A stretch of DNA of 61,340 nucleotides, filler included, from Hausera hauseri (Eukaryota): NCBI GenBank assembly GCA_046269625.1. It is 9 parts of 9 records of this genome, joined end to end, with 100 filler letters (N's around TTAATTAATTAA, not from the genome) between each part and the next. Parts side by side here need not be neighbours in the genome. Positions count along the whole stretch, not along the records: positions 48,427 to 56,924 come from JBJURY010622109.1; positions 57,025 to 61,340 come from JBJURY010638997.1; 7 more parts are not named here. One strand, 5' to 3'. The notes below the pieces were generated by a model. That model had not been told where the DNA came from, searched no databases, and worked only from the letters and a program-made list of their open reading frames with translations. Position 1 is the stretch's first letter, and every line of letters starts with the position of its first letter. Both the position numbers and the translations under genes were made by a program. Positions 49,491 to 61,340 of this stretch are shown here, in pieces.

Positions 49491-50625
49491 TTTGATATCA
49501 AGATGGGTGCGCCAGGTATTATGGACCGAAGATTGAAGATGATGGTTGTCGGAATTTTGGAAACTCCCTGAATACAGATGCATAGCGAGATGTATGAGAA
49601 AGGATCGACGAGACACGGGATGCACGGTGGGACGACAATGAATTAGTCAGCAATACACCAATATGATAAATGATTGCTTCCCTGAACGTTTTATGACAAT
49701 GGTTATATCAACTGTAATGGCATTGCGGTTTACAGAGAATTCTATTTATATCGATACCATGCCTAACTTGACTGTAGAATTCAGCATGAAATTACCGATT
49801 TCAGGTTGTCTCAATCTAGTCGAATTATGGAAGGTTGTTTCCCTTGGAAAAGTCAGGCCAAAGATGAACCGATTGGGAAAAGAGGGGCCCACTGCAACAC
49901 ATGTTTTTATGATATTAATTGACGGGCAATAATGATAATTATGTTTATGAGCCGTTTGTGAAGTCAAGTAAACAACGAGTAACTTGTACGTTACTAAAAT
50001 TGTATATGTATAATTATATGTATTGATTTGCATCAAATCGCGTAGATAGGATTTATGGTTTCCGTTCAGTGATGATTGTATGCCGTTTTGTTCAATTGTG
50101 GTTAATCTTTGATCTATCATGAAAGATTGACTCTAGACAAATACTGAGCAAAGGGATGCGAGTTAAAAATTGTTTTATACACTTTGGACATCGGAGAAGG
50201 TTGCATTCATTTGAAAATGACTTACCGAAATCTGTTATGAGTAGTGGGATTTATTTGATTCCCGTGATGATCCATAAACAATTATTCGAACATTCCCAGG
50301 TGAGGCCTAACAGTGTGATGCCGCCTAGGAACCAACATCCTTTAGAGAATCGTATTCTAAGGAAACGACAAGAACCCTATCGAAAACCTGAAATGAACTT
50401 GTTGTAAACGACTCATATGGAATATTTTTGAATTTTTTCGTTTCTTCTTCAACCGACATTCCATCAAAATAGTATCTCTAGTTTGTTGTTTATATTATGC
50501 CAAGGTACAATGTATTCCTTTGACTATCGTGCAGGTAAGGAATGAATTCATGGGATCGACCAAATAATAGTGAATGGGTCATTAGAAATAAATGCAAAAT
50601 TGAGATATGAGTATTGGATTCCCAT

Positions 50626-50763
50626 TTTAATTAATGAGATAAAATACATTTCAATTAATGAGATAAAATACATTTTAATTAATGAGATAAAATATATTTC
50701 AATTAATGAGATAAAATACATTTTAATTAATGAGATAAAATACATTTTAATTAATGAGATAAA
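50626..50763. repeat. 24-bp minisatellite, ~5.7 copies
   Basis: Unit (t/c)aattaatgagataaaata(c/t)attt. It produces the INEIKYI(S/L) repeats in the ORF track. Confidence 0.95.
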
Positions 50764-51164
50764 GACATCAGATTGTGAGATTCCTTGGATCACTGCAGTA
50801 TATTGTTTAATTTATTATGGTTGGTAAAATGGAAGTTTGGGAGAGCGGATATGAATTATGGCCTATATGTACTTCGATTTCCGATTGCATGGTGCCTTTG
50901 TGTTTATATTTCTATGCAGTCACATGGGATTATGAACGTCAATCGTTCAAACTGGACTTGACATATGTTTCCAGAGAATACGTAACTTATTATCACATTC
51001 CAACAATTAAAGGCGCAGGTATCTCGTATACCGAACCGCCGCCGGACTCCCCCTTCAGAGTTTCTATGGATCTTTATATGTTACTAATATTGACAGAGCA
51101 CTTGGATATACCTGGATATATTTTGATCAAATTAGAACCTAACATCATATCATTAGTAACATCA

Positions 51165-52704
51165 ATAGTACTCTGGTAATTGGTGTTACTAATCTCGGCA
51201 CGTCTTGATATATTACTGGAAGCTCTTGTATACACATCTTTTCCCACATTAGTAGGTACATCTTTCTTTTCACATTCATAGGTCAATAAGATCTCTCCGG
51301 TTACTCGTCCAAAAACACCTTCCTTCATTGGAATTATTGGTGATGCCAACTCGGGATTGGCGTATGTCAGGGCCAACTTAGTTCTCATGATTTCCAAGTC
51401 CAATTTACAGTCATTTGTTATCATTTTGTGGTATAACTCGGCTATCCCGGCTTGTCCTTTATAGTAGAAATAGTCGCCTCTGTTCTTCAAATAGTCTTTA
51501 ATCCGGATGTACTGAGTCTCGATTTTGAACGTTCTGGCATTTATTTCTGTCTCGGCCACGAAAAATGCTTCATATTTGTGGCATACATTACGACGTCGCA
51601 TCTGGAGAGCATAGCTTTCTTTACAAATTTTAATCCATAAGTATCAAAAATCAGTATCGTAGGTGTGGACTGTTCGGCTACATCCTCTTGTGTTTCAGAG
51701 TTAGTTTCCATGCTACTTATGTATCGTTTTCCTGTCGTCTCGTTGAACTTAAGTTCTTTAATTCTGATAAAGTTGCAATCGGTCTTGGTTGGGGGCTCCC
51801 AAATCACTACGGAACTTCTAAACGGGCATGTGCCATCCTAAATGTGGCACTTGTGGTTTTCAGTGTAAAGTTTAGTAACGCTATGAAACATCACTTTCTG
51901 TATACACATTTTGGTTTTGTAAAAATCCACTATTACGATGTTTGACTCTAATCCTTTTTCGGTATCGTATTCCTCACCGTAACAATGTCCGGTGTGCATA
52001 TCCAATCTTCCTGCTGCCACTTTATACACTCTGATTATTTTCCCTTACTGCATTTCCATTTCCATACCGTCCCATTTTATTCTCCCCGTTTCTCTAGCTT
52101 GCTTACAATGCTGTCTCTCTAAATTCATCGGAATTAGTGGGGTTGTTGGCTTAATTATTGACGAGTGTTTATGTACCAGTCTACAATGGAAAATGCTGCG
52201 AAATCGCCGCAGCATATATTCTACTCCGTCAAAGGTAAGTAGTTCGCGTTGTTGATATAATATATAACTTTTCTCTTTTGTTTCTAATCAGTGGGGCCTC
52301 GCATCTTCGCACATTTCCAAGTCCATTAACGAATATTTTTGGCCAAGTCTAAATTTGTCACAGTCGTATACTGTAACTGCGCCCATTTGCCTTATTAACA
52401 TCATCATGGTCAAAAAGTTGATTAGCCAGTTTGATTCGTTTCCTCTGCGATTTCCAGCCACATTTCGCAGCAGTTCTCCAAGTCTATTGTTATCAAAGAA
52501 GGATCCACTCTGATGTTCTTCTTCTTTTTCGAATAACTTAGACCGGTTCACTTCTTGAGATAGTTTCCTGGCGGCCCTTCTTGCTAAGGTAGTGACGTTG
52601 TTGAATTCATTTTCTCGGTTTGGGTTAATTTTAATGGCCAGATATAGCAATACTTTTCTCAATTCTTCTATGGTATTTTCTACCATAATTTTTTCGATTA
52701 TCAT
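51165..52704 (-). pseudogene. Second copy of the chuvirus/gB-like env glycoprotein (N-terminal two-thirds) with leader
   Basis: NTIEELRK...NWLINFLTMMMLIRQMGA|VTVYDCDKFRLGQKYSLMDLEMCEDA; AGRLDMHTGHC; IWEPPT..CNFI; TNDCKL; TYEC; CIQELPVIY..TRVLL. Collinear with 4176-5670. Confidence 0.85.
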
Positions 52705-55700
52705 TTCATCGCTTAAGGTACTTCTGGATCATTTACGCCGAAGGCCCCTCATAGCCTTTGCGGCGTTCGTTATGGTCTTCTCTTTCTCATCCAATACATC
52801 ACCGCTGAGGCTAGAGTGGTTTACTATTAGGATCAAATTTTTCATAAGTTCGTTTAGTTCTTCGTTGTCCGTACTGAAAGTCGGTATGGACATTTGCCTC
52901 AACTGTGATCAAATCTCCATTATAATCGATTTCCTCTCGTATTTTCCGAGGTCTACAGACTGAACTCTTCTGTTTTGTTACAGCAGGTACACTGCCGTTG
53001 AGGGGTACTAAATTCTTATCGTATTGTTCATTATCTTCGTCTGTCTGCAGGTACTCCAAATATACTGTTGTATCTCGGACTCCTATTATTCGTCCTACCT
53101 GCTGTTCGGCTTTAGACTTCCTTATGGCCTCTTCTTTTGTTTCATCGATAGTGATGGTTACCACTAACCGGTTTATTTCGCCTGGAATAATTCCAACCTC
53201 TATCAATAATTCTGACTTGTCTAGTATCCTTCCTCTAAAATAAAGTCTATAGCTCAACTCATGGGCATATCCATTGTCCTTTATCCATAGTAATACATCC
53301 TTTACAAGGGAGCGCGTAGTGAATTTTTGTTCCTTCTCGTCCATCCAATCTGATATTATCTTTACCAGGATCCTTTCCTCAACTTTTACCTTTTAGATTT
53401 TCGCATATTCCTTGAGTAAAAGCTTAGGTACCGTACTAAAAGTCGTACCTTCGTTAGTTAATTTAGTTAAAGTAGGAACCAGAGGTCTTAACTAACTTTC
53501 AGTGAGGTTCACTTCAATTAATTGAATTAAATCCTTCTCGATTTGTACTGGATTCAGAAGCATTCCTACATTGAACCGTTGGTATGGAGAGTATATCTCC
53601 ATCTCCTCCAATTATATTCGGGTTATCGGATTCTTGACGATCATTGCGTCTAAATAGGCCTCCCAATCTGGTTCATTTTCATTATCCGGCAGTTGATAGC
53701 TCCTCGACGGTGTATCAGTCGACCCGTTCACACCTGCGGTCCATGTAGTTTTTATGAGGTCTTGTAGTTTTTGTTGAATTTGGACCACTTTTGTCGTTCG
53801 GAATCATCGTCCATTAGCGGATGTTTGGTTGAGCAGTGTTAACAACGAACACAATTCTTCGGGTGAAATTAACCCTTTTTCTTGGTAGTTTCTTAATTCA
53901 GACGTGACATTTCTTTGCCATCTTTGAAAGAATTGGGATTTATCAGCCTTTTCTGCTTCTGTAAGGGCGTACTTATTTTTATAAACTTCGAGTTTTCCAG
54001 TTAATTCGTCTAATCTCATCGCTCTTTGTTTCGTCTTAATGCAAGTTTCTTCGACTTGCTGTATCTACTGCAACAATTGTCTTAGCTTTTCGTCACTAAT
54101 TTCTGCCATTTCCGCCATCAATAATGCTAATTCGTACATCTCGTTGGTGCTGTTTGAATCTGGATCGATCGCAGCTAATAATTTTTTTACAAATTTAATC
54201 TCCTCGAAATTAAGGTGACGGTCATTCTTTATTTTAATTAGTTCGGTAGGAAGTCTTTGATCCGTTCCACCTCTCCATTCTTGGGGACAATGTAGGAACT
54301 TAACCGCTTCTTCCACGATTAACCGGTATTCTGGACAACAGTCTAAAGTTTTAAGATCTCGGACTGAGACTTCTTCGATGGGTTTGGCTGTCAGCCAGCG
54401 TATTCCCTTCAGGCGGAAATCTCTAAATTGCGGATAGAAATCGCAAATCGCTTTTCACTTTCGCATGAAGTTTGTTTCTTCGATCATCTTATATATATCA
54501 TCTAGTATCATCATCTCCTGTTTCTTTTCCATAAAATTCAATTGACGCAGTGCCTCAAATTGGGTTCGGATGTCAATTTCTGCTTTCATCGTATCTAGAT
54601 TTCGGGCGTCTTCTTCCAACTGCTTCTTTACTGTAGGTTCGCTCTCCGGAAATTCATTCTTCTGTCTGTTTATTAATTCGCTTAACCTTGTTATTACTTT
54701 AAACCATTAGTTCAATTGATTAGCGATTTCTGACTTCGCTAAGATTGCTTTGTTTCACATTTTGCGAGCATCGTCTAGTTCATCATCTGGACCTTTAATA
54801 AAATCGATGATCCGGCAGGCATAGTCAAACTCATCCTTATATTCATCGAACTCGTGGATACAAGCCATAATTATTTTGGGTGTTTCTTCGCTATTGATGT
54901 ACATAATTCTGTTCCTTAGACCGTATATCTGCGACCGTTTTTCGGCTTCAATTCTAATACGATTTTCCAGACTAGTATATTGCTTGGAGACTGTCGAAGC
55001 GACCTTTATCATTTCCATTAAGGGTGGAATATCTATCGGATCTATGCCCAATATCTCTAGGTCATCTGCATCTCGTTCCTTGACCGGCTTCCTTTTTAGT
55101 CGTTTGACTATTGCAAATCTAATTTCATTCATGACACGCTCCAAATTACGCACTACTGTTTTTAATTTCGGGTTGGCTTCTAATGTAGCTAATAGCGACT
55201 GAGCTTGGTTGATTCTAGCTTCAATATCTTGAGTAGTTTTATCCCACGTCTCCGGGATTTTCGTCTCAGTTTTAGTCCACCGTTCTAATTCGCGTTTTCA
55301 CTGAACTAGTGTTTCTTTTGCCACTTCTTTAGGCTGATCTAGGTCTATAGCTTCGCTTAGTTTCCCTTCACTATATAGCTTCATCTTTTTATGTAACCTC
55401 TCTACAAACTGTTGTTCCTTGCCCGAAATATCCACTTGCTCACTCATTGCTTTAAGTTTCTCCAGATTCTGTTGCACCACCTCTGGATTGAAGCAATTTA
55501 TCCTCATTTTTTAATTCATCGGCGTTTTTCCAAGAGCGCCTGATTTTCCATTTTTTAGGGTCAAGTTTCCCTTCTTGCTTTATTTCCTCTTCGCTAGTAG
55601 GTAAGGGACATATGTCGTTTATCTCATTTATAAATGTGGTCGGCTCATCCATTTCGCTTGGTGTAGCTAGATTAATTTCCCAAATGTTCGAGGCGCAATG

Positions 55701-56312
55701 TGTGTCGCTTTCCAACACGATTTCGGTTTCTGTCTTCGTGCTCGACTTCTCCTTGAACATTGGGGATCTCGAACGATCCTTGCGTTTTCGTCTCAATGAT
55801 GGACTACGGCCTCTATTCTTGGTAATTTTAAGTATAAGTGGTTCTAGAAATTCTTCTTTTTCGTCGGCTTCTGCCTTCTTGGTTACCATTTTTATAGTAT
55901 ACTCGGGTTCTATGTCTGAGTCTACTTTATTCGGAGCGTCAGATTTTCCTATTTCATTTAAATTTTTATTTAATGTAGGACTGTTCTTCTTCCGTGCCAT
56001 GTCAATCAGCCTTGACGGTTCAATGGAACGTTCATATTCCGTTTCTGGTTCACGCAGACCGTGGTAAACTTTTAATAGTCGTAACTTGTGTTCATACGCG
56101 TTTCTGGCCACTAAAACTTTAGGGTCTTTAGTATCAGGTTGGGCCTTTAAGAACCGTCTCAAATCTTGTATCGCAATAATCATGCCCGTGTCTCTACGGA
56201 TACCGTAAATTGCTTCTAAATTTTCGTTTTTAATTACATTAGTTTTACTAGGTACGACAAATGAAACACTTCGTGGGTTTGGACAGGATTTCACTATGTG
56301 CCATTCCTGTCC
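52705..56312 (-). pseudogene. ~1200-codon insert between Gag NC and env: low-complexity and helical/coiled-coil segments plus a ubiquitin-like domain (53152-53374)
   Basis: A chain of minus-strand ORF pieces that begins in frame with the gag knuckle and ends in frame with the env leader (ELNELMKNL...GLRRK*SRSTLSDEMIIEK). No protease, RT or integrase motif is visible in it. Confidence 0.6.
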
Positions 56313-56924
56313 TCATGTATAACAGATTAAGTTGCCATTTCTCCCGATCCTTTGTCGGCCATCCTCGTTCACTGGGAATTTCGATTTGCTTGGATTTCTA
56401 TTGCAGTCCTGCCGCACCGGGGCTTGCCTACTATACGCATTTTGGCGGTTATCATAACTCCGGCTGTTATTCTGTCGATTAAAATTTTTGGAGCCATCTA
56501 GGCGTTTATTCGTATGATAGTTTGATTTATTTCGACTATTATCAAAATTCTGATTGCCGTATCGTTCATTCCTGCGATCATAATTACTGTTCTTTTTCCG
56601 ATCTCCATAACTCCTATTAAATCGTCTATCATTCCGATTATTCCGATTCCTATCGTTTCGGTCACTTCGATCATTGTCTCTATCATTTCTGTCGCTGTTT
56701 CTGGCATATCTATCCAATGCCATTTCTAAGTCCTGAGCCAAATGCAATGTCCAATCAAAATTCTCCGGGCGTGCTAGAATCAGTTGCTTTACTATGTCTT
56801 TGGACAAAATACCATTTATTAACTGCGTCATCATCATGACGTCTAAATCTGGAGGACTTGCTTTTTCTGCGGCTTTGCGTCCTGCTTCATTTTTAGACTT
56901 TGCTATGTTCGCTATCCTTAAGAT
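56270..56924 (-). mobile_element. LTR-retrotransposon gag C-half (CA-CTD, R/N/D-rich linker, CCHC knuckle)
   Basis: QLINGILSKDIVKQLILARPENFDWTLHLAQDLE; an RNDR-rich linker; ICYT*GQEWHIVKSC, which is CX2CX4HX4C with one Cys mutated to TGA. Confidence 0.85.
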
Positions 56925-57024
56925 NNNNNNNNNNNNNNNNNNNNNNNNNNNNNNNNNNNNNNNNNNNNTTAATTAATTAANNNNNNNNNNNNNNNNNNNN
57001 NNNNNNNNNNNNNNNNNNNNNNNN

Positions 57025-57440
57025 AAACTTAAAAAAATATGCAAAATTAACATATTTTGTACTGTAGCACAACGTAGGAAAAGTCACATGAAGTTGATTA
57101 ATACACCTTTCGATGCAGAATTAAACTCTGTACAAGATACAACTTTCAAAAAAATTTTAGATTTTTTAGGAAAAATAATTTCTCGCGTAGAACTAAAAGA
57201 ACATGGAAATTTTGCAAATTTTGTGCTATAGCACAACAAAGCAAAGTCCTATGAAGTTGATTCATACACCACGCGACGCAGAATTAAATTTTACACAAGA
57301 TACACGTAACAGAATATTTAGATAAGAAGACAAAAAAAAGTTGTCCGTAACAAAAATTTTCCTACTGTCCAGAAAATTGTCCACGCTCAACACTGTTTTT
57401 TCACTGGGGGTCTGATCTGATTCCGCCTTTCCTACTACTG
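57025..57440. repeat. Interspersed repeat with a ~164-bp internal period; second direct copy at ~58370-58665
   Basis: gatgcagaattaaactctgtacaaga, ctatagcacaac..aaagtcctatgaagt and gtccagaaaatt..ccacgctcaacactgttt..ggggg.tctgatctg are shared between the copies. Anchors recur at 57061/57225 and 57112/57275. Confidence 0.8.
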
Positions 57441-60199
57441 ACAATAGACTTATTAGAAGATATTCACGGAGTTATATCATATTTTTCAACTGAAAAAGAA
57501 CAATATGCAGGAAGGCGAAAAGATATGCAAAATTTGCAGTCACTTAGAGTCTGCGATATGGATTGAAGTAAACCATGTGCATGGTTCAAGGCAAACCAAT
57601 CAGTGAAGGATCATGTTACATTCCAAATAATATTCGTGGATCAAACTAGCTCCGCAATGAGAATGTGTGATTTTCTGTATGGGGCCTATCAGAAATGTTG
57701 TGACTTAGATTTCCGACGAACATATAAATATAAATTTCAAAAGTTCTATTATAATCTGTCCGGAGCCCAAGCTTACATAATCACCGAATTTGAAATAAAA
57801 ATGCCTCAACGCCATGACACAAATCAAGCCAAAACAGGCGATATTGTCCGGAATACCCATCCGTTTAAGAGACTCTTAAATTATAATATTAATAACCTAT
57901 GTATTCGAATCAAGACCAAACTAAAACTACCGGGAGACACATAGATTTTCATCAGATTTATACCGCTAAATACCTCGACTCCTTCCACGAAATAGTTATA
58001 TTGGACGACGACGACCGACTATGTGCTGCAAATTATCGTTATGACAGAATTATCAATTAAAATTTGATCTGTATAATACTTAACCAAACTAGCCAAGTAC
58101 TTATTTGAGAGGATATCGTCGAAAATTCCGAATATGGAAAAATTTCCCTCCCAACAACTGCGAGAAAACGGACTATTTCTGTCAGTTTTTTCGATGAGGA
58201 AGTAAGATGTTTCCGAGATATGACATATATGGAAGATATTAAAGTAATTGGAAATATTTGAAGAATTGGGAACTGCTGTTGCATTTAAAACTCTAATTGC
58301 GTTATTTTGGCTTACTTGGAAATTTTTTATTAATAAGTATTAAATTTTGAACGTTTTTCTGACTATTTTGATGCAGAATTAAACTCTGTACAAGACACAA
58401 CTTTGAAATTTTTTTTAGATATTTCATGAAAACCACTCTCGCCTAAAACTGAACAAAACATGGAAATTTTGCAATTTTTTCTGCTATAGCACAACAAGTC
58501 AAAGTCCTATGAAGTCGATTCATACACCATTAGACATAGAATTAAATCTTGCACACGATAGACCTAACAAAAAAATTTAGCCACTGTCCAGAAAATTTTC
58601 CCACGCTCAACACTGTTTCTTCCCTGGGGGATCTGATCTGGTGTCCTCCTTTCCTACTACTATTGCCCATTGTGTCTTTACATTTGATATATATGAAGCG
58701 ATTAGCGATAATGCAAGAATTATTTCTGCATATGATATCGGTCTTGTTTCCATCGTTACGCTTTCCTTTCTTTCTTGGTTTTACTCGGATTTTCTTTACT
58801 TGAACGCAGATTATAGCGTTTATTTGACCTAATTTCCTTGTAACCATTCTTTATATTGATGCGTGTGATACCCATCGCTGCCGGTGCCCTTTGGACCATT
58901 TGGTTTGGCACGACAGGGCGTCCGTTGCCGTCGCATCGGATCCATAGTCGATACCCATCGTCCGACTTGTCGCTCTAAGAATTTAATAACTTAAAGACAT
59001 CTCCAAAACTGAATACAATACCGGTCGTGTGTCGTCAAAGAGGATTATGTACCAGAATCAGACACGAAAGAAGCTGTACAATCCCCATTATTACTACAAT
59101 ACCTTTACATAGCTAATGCTGATCACAGCCAATCGTTAGTTGCTGCCGAAGAAAAAGGATACTTCACTTCTGCCAGGTCATCTTTTACTGCAATTGGCAA
59201 AATGAAATGGAAAGGAAGCGTTATTACACCGCCTGCCGAACTGTCCGTCGAAGATCGCATCAAGACATTTCAAAGAAAATTGGGAAGAAAAGTCAAAAAA
59301 GTCGAATAAACCCAAATTCTATTTGCTTCGCGACGAATCATTATCGATGCCCAAACCAATGAAGTTAGAACCTCGGTCGAAAAATCAATTAAATCAAAAA
59401 AGCGATACTAGCCAACTAAATGACGACCTGAATAATGATAGTCTGCGTTTCAGCACAATCCACAAGAAAACGAGAGGTCCTGTTCCGTTGAAATCTGATA
59501 ACATTGTCCGGAGAAACATTCTGAGTGAAACTAGCATGACCGGAAAAGAAAAGGACTCAATCAGTAATGCTATGCAACAAGATTGTTTGGTAAAAGACGA
59601 TATCGTATCGAATCTGGATAACAATGAAATCCAAACATTAAGCAGACAGCAAAAGTCCTCCATTTTCATTTTGGATGAATTTCTACAAATGACTCATCAA
59701 CTAACATTTATTATGGCCAAAGGAAATTATAAAATCAGTCTGGCTTTGTTTCTCTGCACCGAATTCCATTTTAGAGAAACGATGCAAATTACGGAATTTA
59801 CAAACGGATCGTGCCGACGACCGACGAGGTCCAGTTAAATAGCGAATAAACAATACAGTATGCTTTTTCGAATTTGTGTTGGTCATTTTAATTGAAGAAA
59901 ACATTTTAATCCTAAATTTTGATTACCAGTTTAAATTTATATTTGCGAGAGTGCGAAATTGGTGTCACAGGTCAGCTTTTGAAATTATACCATTGGACAC
60001 ATTTCCACAAATCCTAATTTACGAAGACGGAGATTTCTAAGAATAACGGTCCAGTGCTGTATAATATTACATATAACGTGATGGGTTACTGGTATTATAA
60101 CATACGAATCGAATATCCAGGCGATATAAAAATCCTACTTAAAAGACGAATTCTAAAAATCCTTTTAGTGCCCGTCCGTTACAAAACGATCAATCACCA

Positions 60200-61340
60200 G
60201 GAACCAACAAACAATGCGACCTCTTCTTTGCCATTTTTGTTAATATACACAGCGGTCGGCGTGGTTCTGAGAAGCTCATAAGGACTTTTTCCGGCTCGAG
60301 TGAGCCTCAAAGATGTGCCTTTCTTGGCTGTCGGGTAGTGTACATAAACCAAATTTCCTTATTCTAGATCATGTGGTTTAGCCTTCTTGTCGTATTACTT
60401 TTTAAATTGTTATTGATACCCTTAAGACAATTCTTTTGCTACTTCCCAGCACTTTTGTCGTCTAGTCCGTAACACCTCGACAAAAATTTGTTTTAGATTT
60501 TCCGTCTTCGTTGTATATGGTACCATTCCTAAGTCCGTGGGTAGTATAGCTTCTCTAATATAGAGCGTAAAAATGGTGTAAATCCTGCTGAATGCTGTGG
60601 TGTAGTGTTTATGGCAAATTGCATGCCTTCTAAAAATCGATCCTAATCCTTCTGATTTTTTGCAACTGCTGTTGATAAGATTCATACGATTGTTGCCTTC
60701 ATTCGTTAGAGCATTCTGTTACATTTAGGGTGATAAGAGTCGTGGTTAACCGTTCAATTTCAAATATCTTGGTAATTTTATCGAATAGTTCACTTCTAAA
60801 GTTACTTCCTCGGTCTGTTGGAATCTGTTCGGAAGGGCCATATCTACAGATAATTTTTCTCACGACGGCTTCTGCAAGAGTCAGGGCCTTTTGGACCACT
60901 AATGCCATCAGTTCGACAAAATGAGTTAATCGATCTATACATGTCGAAATGTATTTATTGTCCTTATGAGTTGTTGGTAACGGTCCTACAATATCCATGG
61001 ACATCGCTTGCATTGCTCTGTCCGGCACGTTTATCGGTTTAAGTTCGGCAATGTAATTCCTCGCTTTCCTCCCTTTGGTTGCGCATACTTCGCAAGCACT
61101 TACCCAATTCTTCACATCGATGTATATGCATGGCCCGTAATATATTTTATATTCTTTTAATGTCTTCTTCCACGACGTGTGTCCCGCTAAGTATATGTCA
61201 TGTTCGGGAGTTAGCACTTCTGTCCGTAATCCCTTTAGCATGACTACTAATTTTTGTGCCTTCTGTTTATAATACAGTACATTTTCATGGCTTGTGCCCC
61301 CCATTACGCAGCACTTATGACCATGTCTCTCTAAATATTT
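60200..61340 (-). mobile_element. Ty3/gypsy integrase (HHCC, DDE core, eroded GPY region), degenerate
   Basis: HDIYLAGH..CEVC, MDIVGPLP, CIDRLTHFV and TDRGSNFRSELF. After a frameshift, GMLERM; later SPYELLRTTP. Confidence 0.92.

Noticed and set aside
50548-50827. ORFs with INEIKYI / FISLIKMY repeats
   Set aside because: Translation of a 24-bp minisatellite on both strands, with no other coding evidence.
53000-53110. VGRIIGVRDTTVYLEY resembling a Tudor/chromo-like beta barrel next to the UBL
   Set aside because: Too short, and it lacks the aromatic-cage residues needed to support a call by eye.
54255-54300. WRGG in the env-element insert as a possible second di-glycine site
   Set aside because: The upstream sequence shows no ubiquitin-like pattern.
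55612-56067. Plus-strand ORFs over the gag/insert region (also 52592-52963 and 54876-55202)
   Set aside because: Antisense shadows of the minus-strand polyprotein.
59040-59838. Low-complexity ORF pieces (including the 171-aa ORF at 59323)
   Set aside because: Possibly a decayed gene or TE ORF, but there is no motif to support a product call.

Overview
This window is not one locus. It is nine contigs joined by an artificial 100-bp spacer (44 N + TTAATTAATTAA + 44 N): 1-4075, 4176-8278, 8379-15807, 15908-21193, 21294-27221, 27322-31758, 31859-48326, 48427-56924 and 57025-61340. All are eukaryotic and appear to have at least three sources. (i) An AT-rich, transposon-rich organism that I cannot identify contributes mariner and pogo/Tigger elements, several degenerate Ty3/gypsy elements and an A-T-R-R NRPS-like pseudogene; a ~178-bp satellite contig cannot be assigned to a source. 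(ii) A teleost fish contributes a complete single-V-domain Siglec-like receptor gene with 8 coding exons, V-SINEs and a dnajc3 exon. (iii) A kinetoplastid-like protist contributes an intronless cruzipain-type cathepsin L. A fish-parasite sample with host and co-infecting DNA would fit, but that is inference. The main discovery candidates are in the LTR retrotransposons. Two paralogous copies together give a gypsy-like element with the order Gag(CCHC) - long helical insert - ubiquitin-like domain - internal signal peptide - chuvirus/gB-like class III glycoprotein - protease - (RT), so env lies between gag and pol and appears to be in one polyprotein. A second gypsy family has a ubiquitin-like domain ending in an intact LHIHFHTRGG|M fused to the start of Gag. 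A third LTR element has a C3HC4 RING ORF that runs through the PPT into the 3' LTR. All domain calls are by eye from motifs and need HMM or structure confirmation.
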